Positions 38,450 to 46,938 of a stretch of 64,000 bases of DNA are shown here, piece after piece. This stretch comes from Anaerolineales bacterium UBA2181 (lineage in GTDB: Bacteria > Chloroflexota > Anaerolineae > Promineifilales > UBA4811). Below the pieces are notes generated by a model, which saw only the letters and a list, made by a program, of their open reading frames with translations, searched no databases and was not told where the DNA came from. The stretch covers positions 144,907 to 208,906 of the forward strand of contig DCVT01000044.1 in the NCBI GenBank assembly GCA_002328075.1, written 5' to 3'. Made by a program: the position numbers and the translations under genes. Numbering within the stretch: the first letter of the stretch is position 1; the number at the start of each line of letters is the position of its first letter.

Positions 38450-39839
38450 TCCTTTTCTCCTCAACTGGCTGGTCAGCCGTGAGACCCAAACCTTGCCAGC
38501 GAGCGGGAGCCGGTCGCCGGTGGCTCTTGTCATATCCCTCTGGCGCCATCGCCAGACGGCTACCCGACAGGAGGGCGGCGACCCCTTCCTGCCCCGCTTC
38601 GTCCTGTCGACGTTGGCAGGCTGAGCAGGTGGCAGGGTCGTGCGGCCGATAGTCGGTCGGCTGGGTGTAGGTGGTGATGAGCCCTTCGAAATTGCGCACC
38701 ACGACGCGTTGTTCCGACTGACTGATCAGGTATTGGGGCATTACCGGAACCTTGCCGCCTCCCCCGGGCGCGTCCACCACAAACGTTGGAACGGCAAAAC
38801 CCGACGTGTGGCCCCGCAGTGATTCGATGATTTCGATCCCCTTGGCTACGGGCGTTCGAAAATGGCCTGCCCCTGCCACCAGGTCACACTGATAGAGGTA
38901 GTAGGGCCGGACGCGGATTTTGACCAGTTCGTGAACCAGCTCTTTCATGATGTTGGGGCAGTCATTGACACCCGCCAAGAGCACGGATTGGCACCCCAAC
39001 GGTATGCCGGCATCCGCCAACATGCCAACCGCCCGCTTGACCTCCGGAGTGATCTCCTTGGGGTGGTTCACATGCACGTTCATCCAAAGTGGATGGTAGC
39101 GCCGGAGCATAGCTACCAGGCCTTCGTCCACCCTTTGGGGCAGGAAAACCGGCACTCGCGATCCAATCCGCAGCACCTCAACGTGGGGTATAGCCCTAAG
39201 CCGGCGGAGCAGGTGTTCCAGCATGGCCTGGGGTAACATGAGAGGATCACCGCCCGAGAGCAGCACATCGCGGATGGCCGGTGTCTGGGCGATATAGTCA
39301 ATCTGGGCGTCATAGTCCGCCCGGCTGAATTGGGCCTGGCACGTTCCGACAATCCGGCTGCGAGTGCAATAGCGGCAATAGCTGGCACATTGGGTCGTGA
39401 CCAGCATCAAGACCCGATCCGGGTAACGATGAACCAGCCCCGGTACCGGCGAATGTGCTTCTTCCCCCAACGAGTCCGCCATACCCGCCTCGAAATGGGT
39501 CAGTTCCTCGCCGGTTGGTATGACCTGACGACGGATCGGGCAGTTTGGGTCGTCCGGGTCCATCAATGAGGCAAAGTATGGGGTGATGTCGAGGCGGAAC
39601 CGCTGTTGTGCGTTGACGCCGGCCCGTTCTTCGGGCGTCAAGCGGATGATCTTCTGCAGTTCGTCGAAGGTGTTGAGGCGGTGGCTGAGTTGCCAGCGCC
39701 AGTCATTCCACTGGGCATGGGGAATGTCGGCCCAGACCTGAGGTCTGGGCGTACTTGGGGGAGGCTCCTCCGGTTCGGCGATTTCCAGTTCGCCCAGGAG
39801 TTCCTGACCAAAAGAGTCAAGACGAGCACGATGGTCCAT
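38418..39839 (-). CDS. kamA: L-lysine 2,3-aminomutase (radical SAM, KamA/AblA family)
   Basis: Near full-length colinearity with Clostridium LAM as I remember it: WNDWRWQL, SPVPGLVHRYPDRVLMLVTTQCASYCRYCTRSR (CxxxCxxC), VLLSGGDPLML, HVNHPKEIT, SVLLAGVNDC, RVRPYYLYQCDLVAGAGHFRTPV, VPTFVVDAPGGGGK. The acidic residues in GVND and QCDL, associated with binding the lysine epsilon-amine, are both present. This argues for lysine rather than glutamate aminomutase. Start chosen at ATG 39839 (MDHRAR...); the ORF is open to 39929. Confidence 0.9.
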   Translation of the reverse strand: MDHRARLDSFGQELLGELEIAEPEEPPPSTPRPQVWADIPHAQWNDWRWQLSHRLNTFDELQKIIRLTPEERAGVNAQQRFRLDITPYFASLMDPDDPNCPIRRQVIPTGEELTHFEAGMADSLGEEAHSPVPGLVHRYPDRVLMLVTTQCASYCRYCTRSRIVGTCQAQFSRADYDAQIDYIAQTPAIRDVLLSGGDPLMLPQAMLEHLLRRLRAIPHVEVLRIGSRVPVFLPQRVDEGLVAMLRRYHPLWMNVHVNHPKEITPEVKRAVGMLADAGIPLGCQSVLLAGVNDCPNIMKELVHELVKIRVRPYYLYQCDLVAGAGHFRTPVAKGIEIIESLRGHTSGFAVPTFVVDAPGGGGKVPVMPQYLISQSEQRVVVRNFEGLITTYTQPTDYRPHDPATCSACQRRQDEAGQEGVAALLSGSRLAMAPEGYDKSHRRPAPARWQGLGLTADQPVEEKRNGFAAHRIAG

Positions 39840-40112
39840 CTCGGTCTGTTTCCGTTCCTCTCTTACTCCAAACGTTAACAATAACCCGGGACGGCCTTTG
39901 GGTCGGCACAGGGCCCACCAGTCTGCCATCCCGTATCACGACGATCCTGTCCGGCGATTCCCCAGCCCCGGTTGCTCACCGACCGGCACCCCGTGCCAGC
40001 CCTGGTCGCGCGAACACGACTTTAGGATTCGGCACTCGTGAGGCATCCGGCTATCGGTCAGCCGACTGTGGTGTCTGAGGTTCCCGCCCGTTCACACTAA
40101 TCAATGACCTCA

Positions 40113-40140
40113 ATAATAACAGATTCTACGCAATTGTCAG
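40113..40140 (-). promoter_or_regulatory. sigma70-like promoter upstream of kamA
   Basis: The minus strand reads CTGACA-N16-TATTAT (-35 at 40140..40135, -10 at 40118..40113). It sits in the only AT-rich patch of the 39930-40174 gap, about 270 nt upstream of the kamA ATG. Confidence 0.35.
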
Positions 40141-40174
40141 GGGTATGTTGCTCCTTTTTTGGGTCAAATCCACA

Positions 40175-41092
40175 CTACTCTACCGGTGGCTCCTGCTGCA
40201 GCTGGTGACGGCCCGCTGACCATAAACCGGCGCCCACGATCAGGCTGCCTCCCAACAGGTGCGCCGGACCAATCGGTTCGCGCAGCAACAAGTACCCGAG
40301 CAGCGCGCCGTAAAGCGGCAGCGTGTTGTAGAACACCATGGCTCCGCTGGCTCCCAGGCGCCGGATGCCGGCATTCCAGGAGAGAAAGCCCACCACGGTA
40401 GGCACCAGCCCGATGTACATCACCGCCAAACCCAGCACAGGTCTAAAAGCCAGGCCGTGAACCTTCAGCTCGCAGGTCGCGCCAAGAAGCAGCATGGGCA
40501 GCCCCAGGAACGCGGAAAACGCGGTGGCCGAAAGCGCCGACCGGCCGAGCATGACCCGACGCGCGAGGACCGAATACAGGCTCCACAAGAGCACTGCAAT
40601 CAGCGCAATCAGGTCGCCGGGGTTGACTTGACCGCCCGGTTGCCCGCTTGAGGCGCCGGCTGAAACCAGCACTCCGACACCCGCCAGGGCCACCACCGCG
40701 CCCACCACCTGGCGGCGCGTCATCGGCTCCCGTATGAGCCAACCGGCCAAGAGCCCGGTCATCAGCGGTGCCAAACCGTTGATCAACGTAGCGTTCACCA
40801 GGCTGGTGTAACGGAGCGCCAGGTAGAGAGTGGGTCCAAAAACCGCCACGCCCAGGAGACCCATGCCGACCAAACACCAACGGTCCGCGCCTAAACGCCG
40901 ATCAACCGTCGGCTGTCCCCGCAGCAGCATCACAAAGCAGAGCGACGCGATGACAAATCGGGCAGCCGCAAGGGTGATGGGGCCGATGTCGTCGCGCAGC
41001 CAGCGACCCAACAGCATGTTGGTCGACCACGAGAGGGTCGCCAGGTTCACCAGGCCAATTCCAGCCAGTTGGCTGGTACGAAACCTCTGCAC
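40175..41092 (-). CDS. DMT-superfamily (EamA-type) transporter
   Basis: 305 aa with ten hydrophobic helices arranged as two similar halves (LVNLATLSWSTNMLLGRWL... / ...LLWSLYSVLARRV...), typical of EamA repeats. Confidence 0.85.
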   Translation of the reverse strand: MQRFRTSQLAGIGLVNLATLSWSTNMLLGRWLRDDIGPITLAAARFVIASLCFVMLLRGQPTVDRRLGADRWCLVGMGLLGVAVFGPTLYLALRYTSLVNATLINGLAPLMTGLLAGWLIREPMTRRQVVGAVVALAGVGVLVSAGASSGQPGGQVNPGDLIALIAVLLWSLYSVLARRVMLGRSALSATAFSAFLGLPMLLLGATCELKVHGLAFRPVLGLAVMYIGLVPTVVGFLSWNAGIRRLGASGAMVFYNTLPLYGALLGYLLLREPIGPAHLLGGSLIVGAGLWSAGRHQLQQEPPVE

Positions 41093-41103
41093 CCCTTGTC
41101 AGT

Positions 41104-42168
41104 TCACCAGCGGGCGTGGTGCTCTTCGGCAAATCCGACCAGGCCTTCCAGCCGGATCTGCTCGCCGTCGTCCGCCAAAACCGTGCCGTGGTACCGGCCA
41201 AACAGCTGGTGCACCTCGCTGGTGATGAGCAGTAGATTGGCAGCCGCCACCCGCTCCAGAAACGGGACAAATTCCAGTTGCACCCGGCCGTCGGGCGAGG
41301 CCATCTTCCATGGCTTCCGAAAATCCCTAGGGTCGTAGGTGAAATCAACCTGGGCCAGCTTGTGAACCCGGCCGTCGAGAATCAGCGCGTTCTCCGTGGC
41401 GGCCGACGTGTCGCCGAAACCAAATCCCAGGTTCAGCCCGAGAGACCGCCCATCAGCCGCCCGACCGCTGGCGCTGGCCCACACCCAGAAAGAGCGATAG
41501 GGCCACACCCCCCGGCCCCAGTCCAGGTTGCCCAGGCTCTCGGCAGGCTGCACCGGGTAGCGCTCCTCGCCGTAGGTCATCCACCCTTCGGCCGGAATGC
41601 AGTTCACCTTGCGGTTGTGATAGAACCGCTTGCCGGCGATGGGAATCACAATGGTCATCGATTCATGCTCCGGTGGCAACGCCAGGCGAAGTTCGGCTGC
41701 CAAACCGCGGCCGTGAAAGCCGGGCCAGGCGACCGAAACAACCCGGGCGTCCGTATCCGCTCGAAACGACAACCGGTGTTTCCCGTCGTCAAAGCAACTC
41801 TCGCCCCGTTCGCTGTTGCGAGGCAGTTGGATGCCCCGGCTGAACGGGAGGGTCAGGGTCTCCTCGTGATACCAACCAGAGTGAAAGTCCAGCAGGTAGA
41901 TGAAAGCCTGCCCGGCGTAGCCCAGATCCGCCAGCGTCACGGAAAAGTAGTGGGAAGGCGTGGTGAGCCCGTAATAGTCCCACCGCTTGATGCGCAGACG
42001 CTGCCAGGGACGGAACCAGCAAAAAGCCGCCTGCTCCAGATTGCAGTCCAGCACCGGTTGGCGCGCCCAACCCACCTGAACCAGGTTGCCGTTGGTGTCC
42101 AGCAAAGCCGAGGGTTGGGTCAATTCACGTTGTCCCAGATCGTTTCCGCTCACGGTCCATCCTTTCAC
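41104..42168 (-). CDS. DUF2804-family protein (function unknown)
   Basis: 354 aa, soluble and beta-rich. The N-terminal pattern ...GWARQP..DCNLEQA...RLRIKRWDYYGLTT..YFSVTLADLGYAG matches my memory of DUF2804. Not verified by search. Confidence 0.6.
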   Translation of the reverse strand: MKGWTVSGNDLGQRELTQPSALLDTNGNLVQVGWARQPVLDCNLEQAAFCWFRPWQRLRIKRWDYYGLTTPSHYFSVTLADLGYAGQAFIYLLDFHSGWYHEETLTLPFSRGIQLPRNSERGESCFDDGKHRLSFRADTDARVVSVAWPGFHGRGLAAELRLALPPEHESMTIVIPIAGKRFYHNRKVNCIPAEGWMTYGEERYPVQPAESLGNLDWGRGVWPYRSFWVWASASGRAADGRSLGLNLGFGFGDTSAATENALILDGRVHKLAQVDFTYDPRDFRKPWKMASPDGRVQLEFVPFLERVAAANLLLITSEVHQLFGRYHGTVLADDGEQIRLEGLVGFAEEHHARW

Positions 42169-42180
42169 GTTGCGAGCAGG

Positions 42181-43809
42181 TCACCGACGGAGCACCCGCC
42201 CGCACCTGCCGTTCTGCTCCACCTTGCCATCTCGGGCCACGACCCGCCCGGATATCAGGACAGCGTGAATACCGCTGGGAGGCGCGTCGGGCCGATCCGG
42301 CGTCGTGTGGTCGGCCACCGTTTCTGGATCGAACAGCACCAGGTCCGCCCAGTGGCCAGTCGCAACCCCGCCCATGTCAGCCAGTCCCAGCCGGGCGGCC
42401 GGCCAGGAGGTCATCCGCCGCACCGCTTCTTCCAGCGTGAAAAGACCCAGCTCGCGAGAGTAACGCCCCAACACCCGCGGGAACGTGCCGAATGACGCCG
42501 GATTGTGCACCCCCTGATCGGTGAGGATGGTGTCGGTCATGAACGCGCAGAGCGGGTGAGCCAGTACTGCCCGCAACGGCTCTTCGCGGGCACCGTCGCC
42601 CGAATAGGTTCCCAGGAGCACGCGAGCGCGCCCCTGACTGGCGCGGGCCACATGCATGTAGGCCTCAAAGGGCGGTTGCCTCAGACGGCGGCCGATGGCT
42701 GCGAAATCCAACCCCTCCAGCTCGGCGAGTTCCGGCCGGCGGGCCCACAACAGCGTAATGTCCCGATAGTCCAGTCCAAGCCCCAGGCGCAACACATCCA
42801 TCTCTCGTTTCAGCCGGCGCAGCGAACCGGGATCGTCCACCTGGCGCTCGAAATCGTCCAGAAACCAGTCTGGAAAGACCACATTTATCGTGGAATTGCC
42901 CACAGTGTAGGGAAAGGCATCCATGGCCACGTCTACCCCGCTGGCAGCGGCCGTTTCGATCTCGCGCAGCACCGCCCGGTGGGTCCGCCATGTCCGCCGT
43001 CCGACAAAGATCTGATGCGATAGCTGCAGTTTGACGCCGCTCGCACGCGCCAGCCCCAGCAACTCGCGCACCGACCGTAGGTTGTGAGCAGTGCCACCGA
43101 TCATCGGCCGATACAGCGGCGAGACCCAACTGTAGGCCCGGCCGTGCACCGCAAACAGGGCGGCTCGGTCAGCGACCACCCGCAGCAAGCTGAGCAGTTC
43201 TGGGTTGCCGGCAAAGACGCCGGGGGCATAAGCGAGACCCGCCGAGAATCCCCAGGCGCCTCCCTCCAACGCTTGGCCGACCTGCAGCGCCATCGCGGCC
43301 AACTCTCGTTCGGTCGGTGTGCCTGAGCGCCGGCCCATCGCCAGGTAGCGCAGTGTGCCGTGTCCTACCAGCAAAGCTGTGTTCAAGAGCACCCCCTGGC
43401 TCTCCAGCACGTCCAGGAAATCGGACATGGTCCGCCACGTATAAGCGAAAGCTCTCTCCCGCAACATCTCGGAGAACCCGTCCAGCAGCGGAGCCACCTC
43501 CTCGGTTGCTGGAGCGGGCGAAAATCCGCATTGGCCCGCGACCACAGTGGTGATCCCCTGCATAACCAACGGCGTCAGGATTTCATCGTGATCCGCCAGG
43601 GGGAGAATCCAGTCGCTGTGCGAGTGGACATCCACGAAACCGGGAGCCACCACCAAACCGGTGGCGTCCAGCTCCGTCCGGCCGGCCAGCGGCTGGTCCC
43701 GCGAAATGGCAACGATCCGCCCCTTTTCTATCCCCAGATGGGCGCGATAGCGGGGCGCGCCCGTGCCGTCGACCACCAACCCATTGTTGACAACCAGTTC
43801 GAATTCCAT
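42181..43809 (-). CDS. N-acyl-D-amino-acid deacylase (D-aminoacylase, amidohydrolase family)
   Basis: The ORF opens at 44124 inside dinB. ATG 43809 (GAGGAGGG upstream) gives MEFELVVNNGLVVDGTGAPRYRAHLGIEKGRIVAIS...APGFVDVHSHSD, the canonical D-aminoacylase N-terminus and HxH metal motif. C-terminal part: FMTD...G.HNP..FGTFPRVLGRY. Confidence 0.8.
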   Translation of the reverse strand: MEFELVVNNGLVVDGTGAPRYRAHLGIEKGRIVAISRDQPLAGRTELDATGLVVAPGFVDVHSHSDWILPLADHDEILTPLVMQGITTVVAGQCGFSPAPATEEVAPLLDGFSEMLRERAFAYTWRTMSDFLDVLESQGVLLNTALLVGHGTLRYLAMGRRSGTPTERELAAMALQVGQALEGGAWGFSAGLAYAPGVFAGNPELLSLLRVVADRAALFAVHGRAYSWVSPLYRPMIGGTAHNLRSVRELLGLARASGVKLQLSHQIFVGRRTWRTHRAVLREIETAAASGVDVAMDAFPYTVGNSTINVVFPDWFLDDFERQVDDPGSLRRLKREMDVLRLGLGLDYRDITLLWARRPELAELEGLDFAAIGRRLRQPPFEAYMHVARASQGRARVLLGTYSGDGAREEPLRAVLAHPLCAFMTDTILTDQGVHNPASFGTFPRVLGRYSRELGLFTLEEAVRRMTSWPAARLGLADMGGVATGHWADLVLFDPETVADHTTPDRPDAPPSGIHAVLISGRVVARDGKVEQNGRCGRVLRR

Positions 43810-43816
43810 ACCCTCC

Positions 43817-44881
43817 TCACCACAACGAAAGCTGGCCCGAAGGCCGCGCCAGTTCCCGGCCGGCAACTCCCAACAGCCGGACCGGTCGTCCCGCCTGCCA
43901 GGCCCGTTCCAGCAGCAGCCCGGCCGCACGATACACCCGTTTTTCGTCACACGTGGGCTCGTCCAGACGCATCTGCCGCGTAAGCGTAGTGAAATCGGCA
44001 TAACGCAGTTTGATGGCCACCGACCCCGCCTCCAGACCCACCTTGCCCAGCCGCTGAGCGACTGCCTGGCACAGCTTCCAGAGCTGCCTTTGCAGCACCT
44101 GACGGTCGGCCACATCCCGGGCAAACGTCCACTCCTGGCTGACTGACTTGCAGACGTGCTCGGTCACCAGCGGACGGTCATCCAATCCGCTGGCCTGCCG
44201 GGCCAGCTCGGCGCCATGCCGGCCGAATCGCGCCCGCAACACCTCTTCCTCGGCTGCCGCCAGGTCACCCACCGTCTCCAGCCCCATCTCAGCCAGCCGG
44301 CCAGCGGTGACCGGACCGACCCCCCACAGCACGTGCACCGGCAACGGCGCCAGAAAACCACGCTCCTCTCCCGGCTGGACCACGGTCAGCCCGCCCGGCT
44401 TGTCCCGATCCGAGGCTATCTTGGCCACCAGCTTGTTGGCTGCCACCCCCAGCGAAGCCGACAGCCCAACCTCGTCCCGCACCCGTTGCTGCAACCGTCG
44501 GGCGACCGCCACCGACTCCTGCCAGGATGCCAAGCTATTTGTCAGGTCCAGAAAGGCCTCATCAATGCTCATCTGCTCGACCAGCGGCGCCGACTGATGG
44601 AGGATCTCCATCACCCGATGCGAGTAACTTTGGTAGAGCGAGTGCCGCACGGGCAACACCACCGCCACCGGGCATAGCCGGAGAGCTCGGGTCATGGGCA
44701 TGGCCGACCGAATGCCGTAATGCCGGGCGGGATAGGAGGCGGCCGAGACCACGCCCCGTTCCGCCGGCCGGCCTCCCACCACCACCGGCTTGCCGGCCAG
44801 GGCGGGATTCTCCAACACCTCCACGGCCGCAAAAAAGGCGTCCAAGTCCAGGTGTACGATGGCTCGCGGTTGGTCGGCCAT
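43817..44881 (-). CDS. dinB: DNA polymerase IV (Y-family)
   Basis: IVHLDLDAFFAAVEVLENPALAGKPVVVGG, SYPARHYGIRSAMP, MSIDEAFLDLT, LGVAANKLVAKIASD, VLWGVGPVT. Confidence 0.92.
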   Translation of the reverse strand: MADQPRAIVHLDLDAFFAAVEVLENPALAGKPVVVGGRPAERGVVSAASYPARHYGIRSAMPMTRALRLCPVAVVLPVRHSLYQSYSHRVMEILHQSAPLVEQMSIDEAFLDLTNSLASWQESVAVARRLQQRVRDEVGLSASLGVAANKLVAKIASDRDKPGGLTVVQPGEERGFLAPLPVHVLWGVGPVTAGRLAEMGLETVGDLAAAEEEVLRARFGRHGAELARQASGLDDRPLVTEHVCKSVSQEWTFARDVADRQVLQRQLWKLCQAVAQRLGKVGLEAGSVAIKLRYADFTTLTRQMRLDEPTCDEKRVYRAAGLLLERAWQAGRPVRLLGVAGRELARPSGQLSLW

Positions 44882-45034
44882 TGCCTTGTTCCCACCGGAG
44901 AATCAGCCGCTCCACGTAGGTTGACCTCGGTGTATTATAGCGCATTGAGCGATAGGCTGCGAATCGATGTTGCCGGCTTGGTCATTTTGTGGCAACAGAG
45001 TACAATCCATATTCACAAACAGCAGGAGGTGCCG

Positions 45035-45670
45035 ATGCCAACCGAGTCCGCCCGACAAGCGCTGTCCATCCTGCGGGACGGCAGCCAGTTTCAATGGTAC
45101 CTGATTACGCTCTTTGCCCTGGTCGTCTATGTATACGCCGTGGAAGTGGAACGCAAGAACTGGAACCTGGTCCTGGCCGGATTGGCCTATTGGGGAATGG
45201 ACTGGTTCAACGAGATCTGGAACGGGCTGGTCTTTCACCTGACCAATCGCGCTCCGGTGTGGGGCGCGCCCGGCCAAACCGCCTACCTGATCCTGATCGG
45301 GTTGAACATCGAGATCTGTTTCATGTTCGCCATCGCCGGGATCACCTTTGCCAAGATGCTGCCGGCTGACAAGCACCTCAGACTGCTGGGACTCCCCAAT
45401 CGGGTGGTGCTGGCGGTGGCTGGCTCGGTATTTTGCGTATTCGTGGAGGTTCTGTTGAACGCCGTGGGTGCGCTCACCTGGGACTATCCCTGGTGGAGCG
45501 CCGGTGCGCCGTGGCTGATCTTCCTCATCGGCTACCTGCCCTTTTTTGCCGTGTCGTTCTGGGTGCACGACATTATCAACACCCGGCGCAAGCTGACGGT
45601 GGTGGGCACTATCTATGCCGTAAACCTGTTGGCTGTGCTGGTTTTTGGGGTGGGCCTGAACTGGCTCTAG
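45035..45670 (+). CDS. hypothetical polytopic membrane protein
   Basis: The ORF opens at 44720 across the dinB promoter region. ATG 45035 has AGGAGG 7 nt upstream. The 211-aa product has about 6 hydrophobic helices (WYLITLFALVVYVYAV, LILIGLNIEICFMFAIAGI, ...). No family recognised. Confidence 0.6.
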   Translation: MPTESARQALSILRDGSQFQWYLITLFALVVYVYAVEVERKNWNLVLAGLAYWGMDWFNEIWNGLVFHLTNRAPVWGAPGQTAYLILIGLNIEICFMFAIAGITFAKMLPADKHLRLLGLPNRVVLAVAGSVFCVFVEVLLNAVGALTWDYPWWSAGAPWLIFLIGYLPFFAVSFWVHDIINTRRKLTVVGTIYAVNLLAVLVFGVGLNWL

Positions 45671-45690
45671 AAACCTCAGAGTCGAGCACG

Positions 45691-46203
45691 GTGGCTGCCG
45701 GCGACGATCGCCGCCCGATTCGCCGTACCCGCGTGTTGGAGGCGTTGGAGGGGTCCGGGGTTTCCTTTCGCCTGTTGACCCATTCCGAACCGGTGTACAC
45801 CGTGGCAGCGGCGGCCCGCCAGCGAGGCGTGGCCCTGGAGGACATGGTCAAATCCATCCTCCTCCGGGACCGCGACGGCCGTTATGTGCTTGGCTGCGTG
45901 ACCGGCGACGCGCAACTGGAGCCACAGGCAGTGCGCGCCGCCCTGGCAGGCAGCTGCAAACGGCTTTATTTCGCCTCGTCCGATGAGGTGAAGGCAGTCA
46001 CCGGCTGTGTGCAGGGCGCGGTGGCGCCCATAGGTCTGCCGGCCGACGTGCCGGTGGTGTGCGACTCATCCATCGCCCGGTGCCGCCGGGTGACCATCAG
46101 CAGCGGCGACCCCATGGCCGGGATAGAGTTGGACCCTATTGATCTGATCCGCCTGTCCGGCGCCCAGTTGGCCGCAATAGCCCGCAAAGCGACAAGGGAC
46201 TGA
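45691..46203 (+). CDS. YbaK/ProX-type aminoacyl-tRNA deacylase (editing domain) protein
   Basis: The ORF opens at 45433 inside the previous gene. GTG 45691 follows its stop. VLEALEGSGVSFRLLTHSEPVYTVAAAA...MVKSILLRD...YVLGCVTGDAQLE...VTGCVQGAVAPIGL...RVTISSGDP fits YbaK/EbsC-like domains. Confidence 0.75.
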   Translation: MAAGDDRRPIRRTRVLEALEGSGVSFRLLTHSEPVYTVAAAARQRGVALEDMVKSILLRDRDGRYVLGCVTGDAQLEPQAVRAALAGSCKRLYFASSDEVKAVTGCVQGAVAPIGLPADVPVVCDSSIARCRRVTISSGDPMAGIELDPIDLIRLSGAQLAAIARKATRD

Positions 46204-46221
46204 CCAGAGTCCCCGGTTGGC

Positions 46222-46938
46222 TCATCCCGGCTTGCACAGACGAACCACCAGCACCTGACCACCGGGCGTAGGCACCCAACCGGCCGCGCCGCGCAAACCA
46301 GCCACCTCGAATTGTGTCGGCACGCTCAACCCGTCCGCGGCGCTGTGGCCCGCCAACCGGAACAGACGGGTGAGCAGCCACCCGGTCCGGTCGGCTCCGG
46401 CCGGAACGGCTGCCAACACCACCACCGCGCGACCCCCGGGCGCCAGCACCCGCTCCAGTTCGGCCAGCGTTTCCGGTTTGCCGCCAAACTCGGCCGGAAA
46501 GGTGCAAACGACCGCGTCAAAGCAACCGGCAGAAAACGGGAGCTGCTGCGCCCGGCCGCAGACCAGACGGGCGGGCAGGTCGTGCCCCTCCAATCTCCGG
46601 CGTGCAAGCCGCCCCATCGCGTGCGAGAGGTCGCACCCAAAGGCGTGGTAACCAGCCGTCCATAGGTCAACCAATAGCTGGCCGGTTCCGTGACCCAGGT
46701 CCAGCACCCGGCGGCCGGGAAGATCCACCAGCACAGTCCGCCCCCAGTCCCGCCAATAGCCTCCGCTGACCAGCCAGGCCACCGCGTCATAACTCCAGGC
46801 CATCTGATGGTAGAGGAGGCCGAAAACCCGGCGCATCAACGCCAGCCGGAGGTTTTCGAGGCGGCTAAGGCGCCTCAAACCGAGCCGGGAAGGTTCTGAC
46901 GGTGCCGTCCGCCCGGACCTAGAGCGCATCGCATCCAC
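46222..46938 (-). CDS. class I SAM-dependent methyltransferase
   Basis: Motif I RVLDLGHGTGQL, then GCDLS..M, LPFSAGCFDAVVCTF and LAPGGRAVVV. The start is uncertain; internal Met and Val codons are available. Confidence 0.75.
   Translation of the reverse strand: MDAMRSRSGRTAPSEPSRLGLRRLSRLENLRLALMRRVFGLLYHQMAWSYDAVAWLVSGGYWRDWGRTVLVDLPGRRVLDLGHGTGQLLVDLWTAGYHAFGCDLSHAMGRLARRRLEGHDLPARLVCGRAQQLPFSAGCFDAVVCTFPAEFGGKPETLAELERVLAPGGRAVVVLAAVPAGADRTGWLLTRLFRLAGHSAADGLSVPTQFEVAGLRGAAGWVPTPGGQVLVVRLCKPG

Noticed and set aside
39840-40112. Possible lysine (L-box) riboswitch in the kamA leader.
   Set aside because: By eye I could not find the conserved L-box core segments as I remember them. Only a generic GC-rich structured leader can be claimed, and this needs an Infernal scan.
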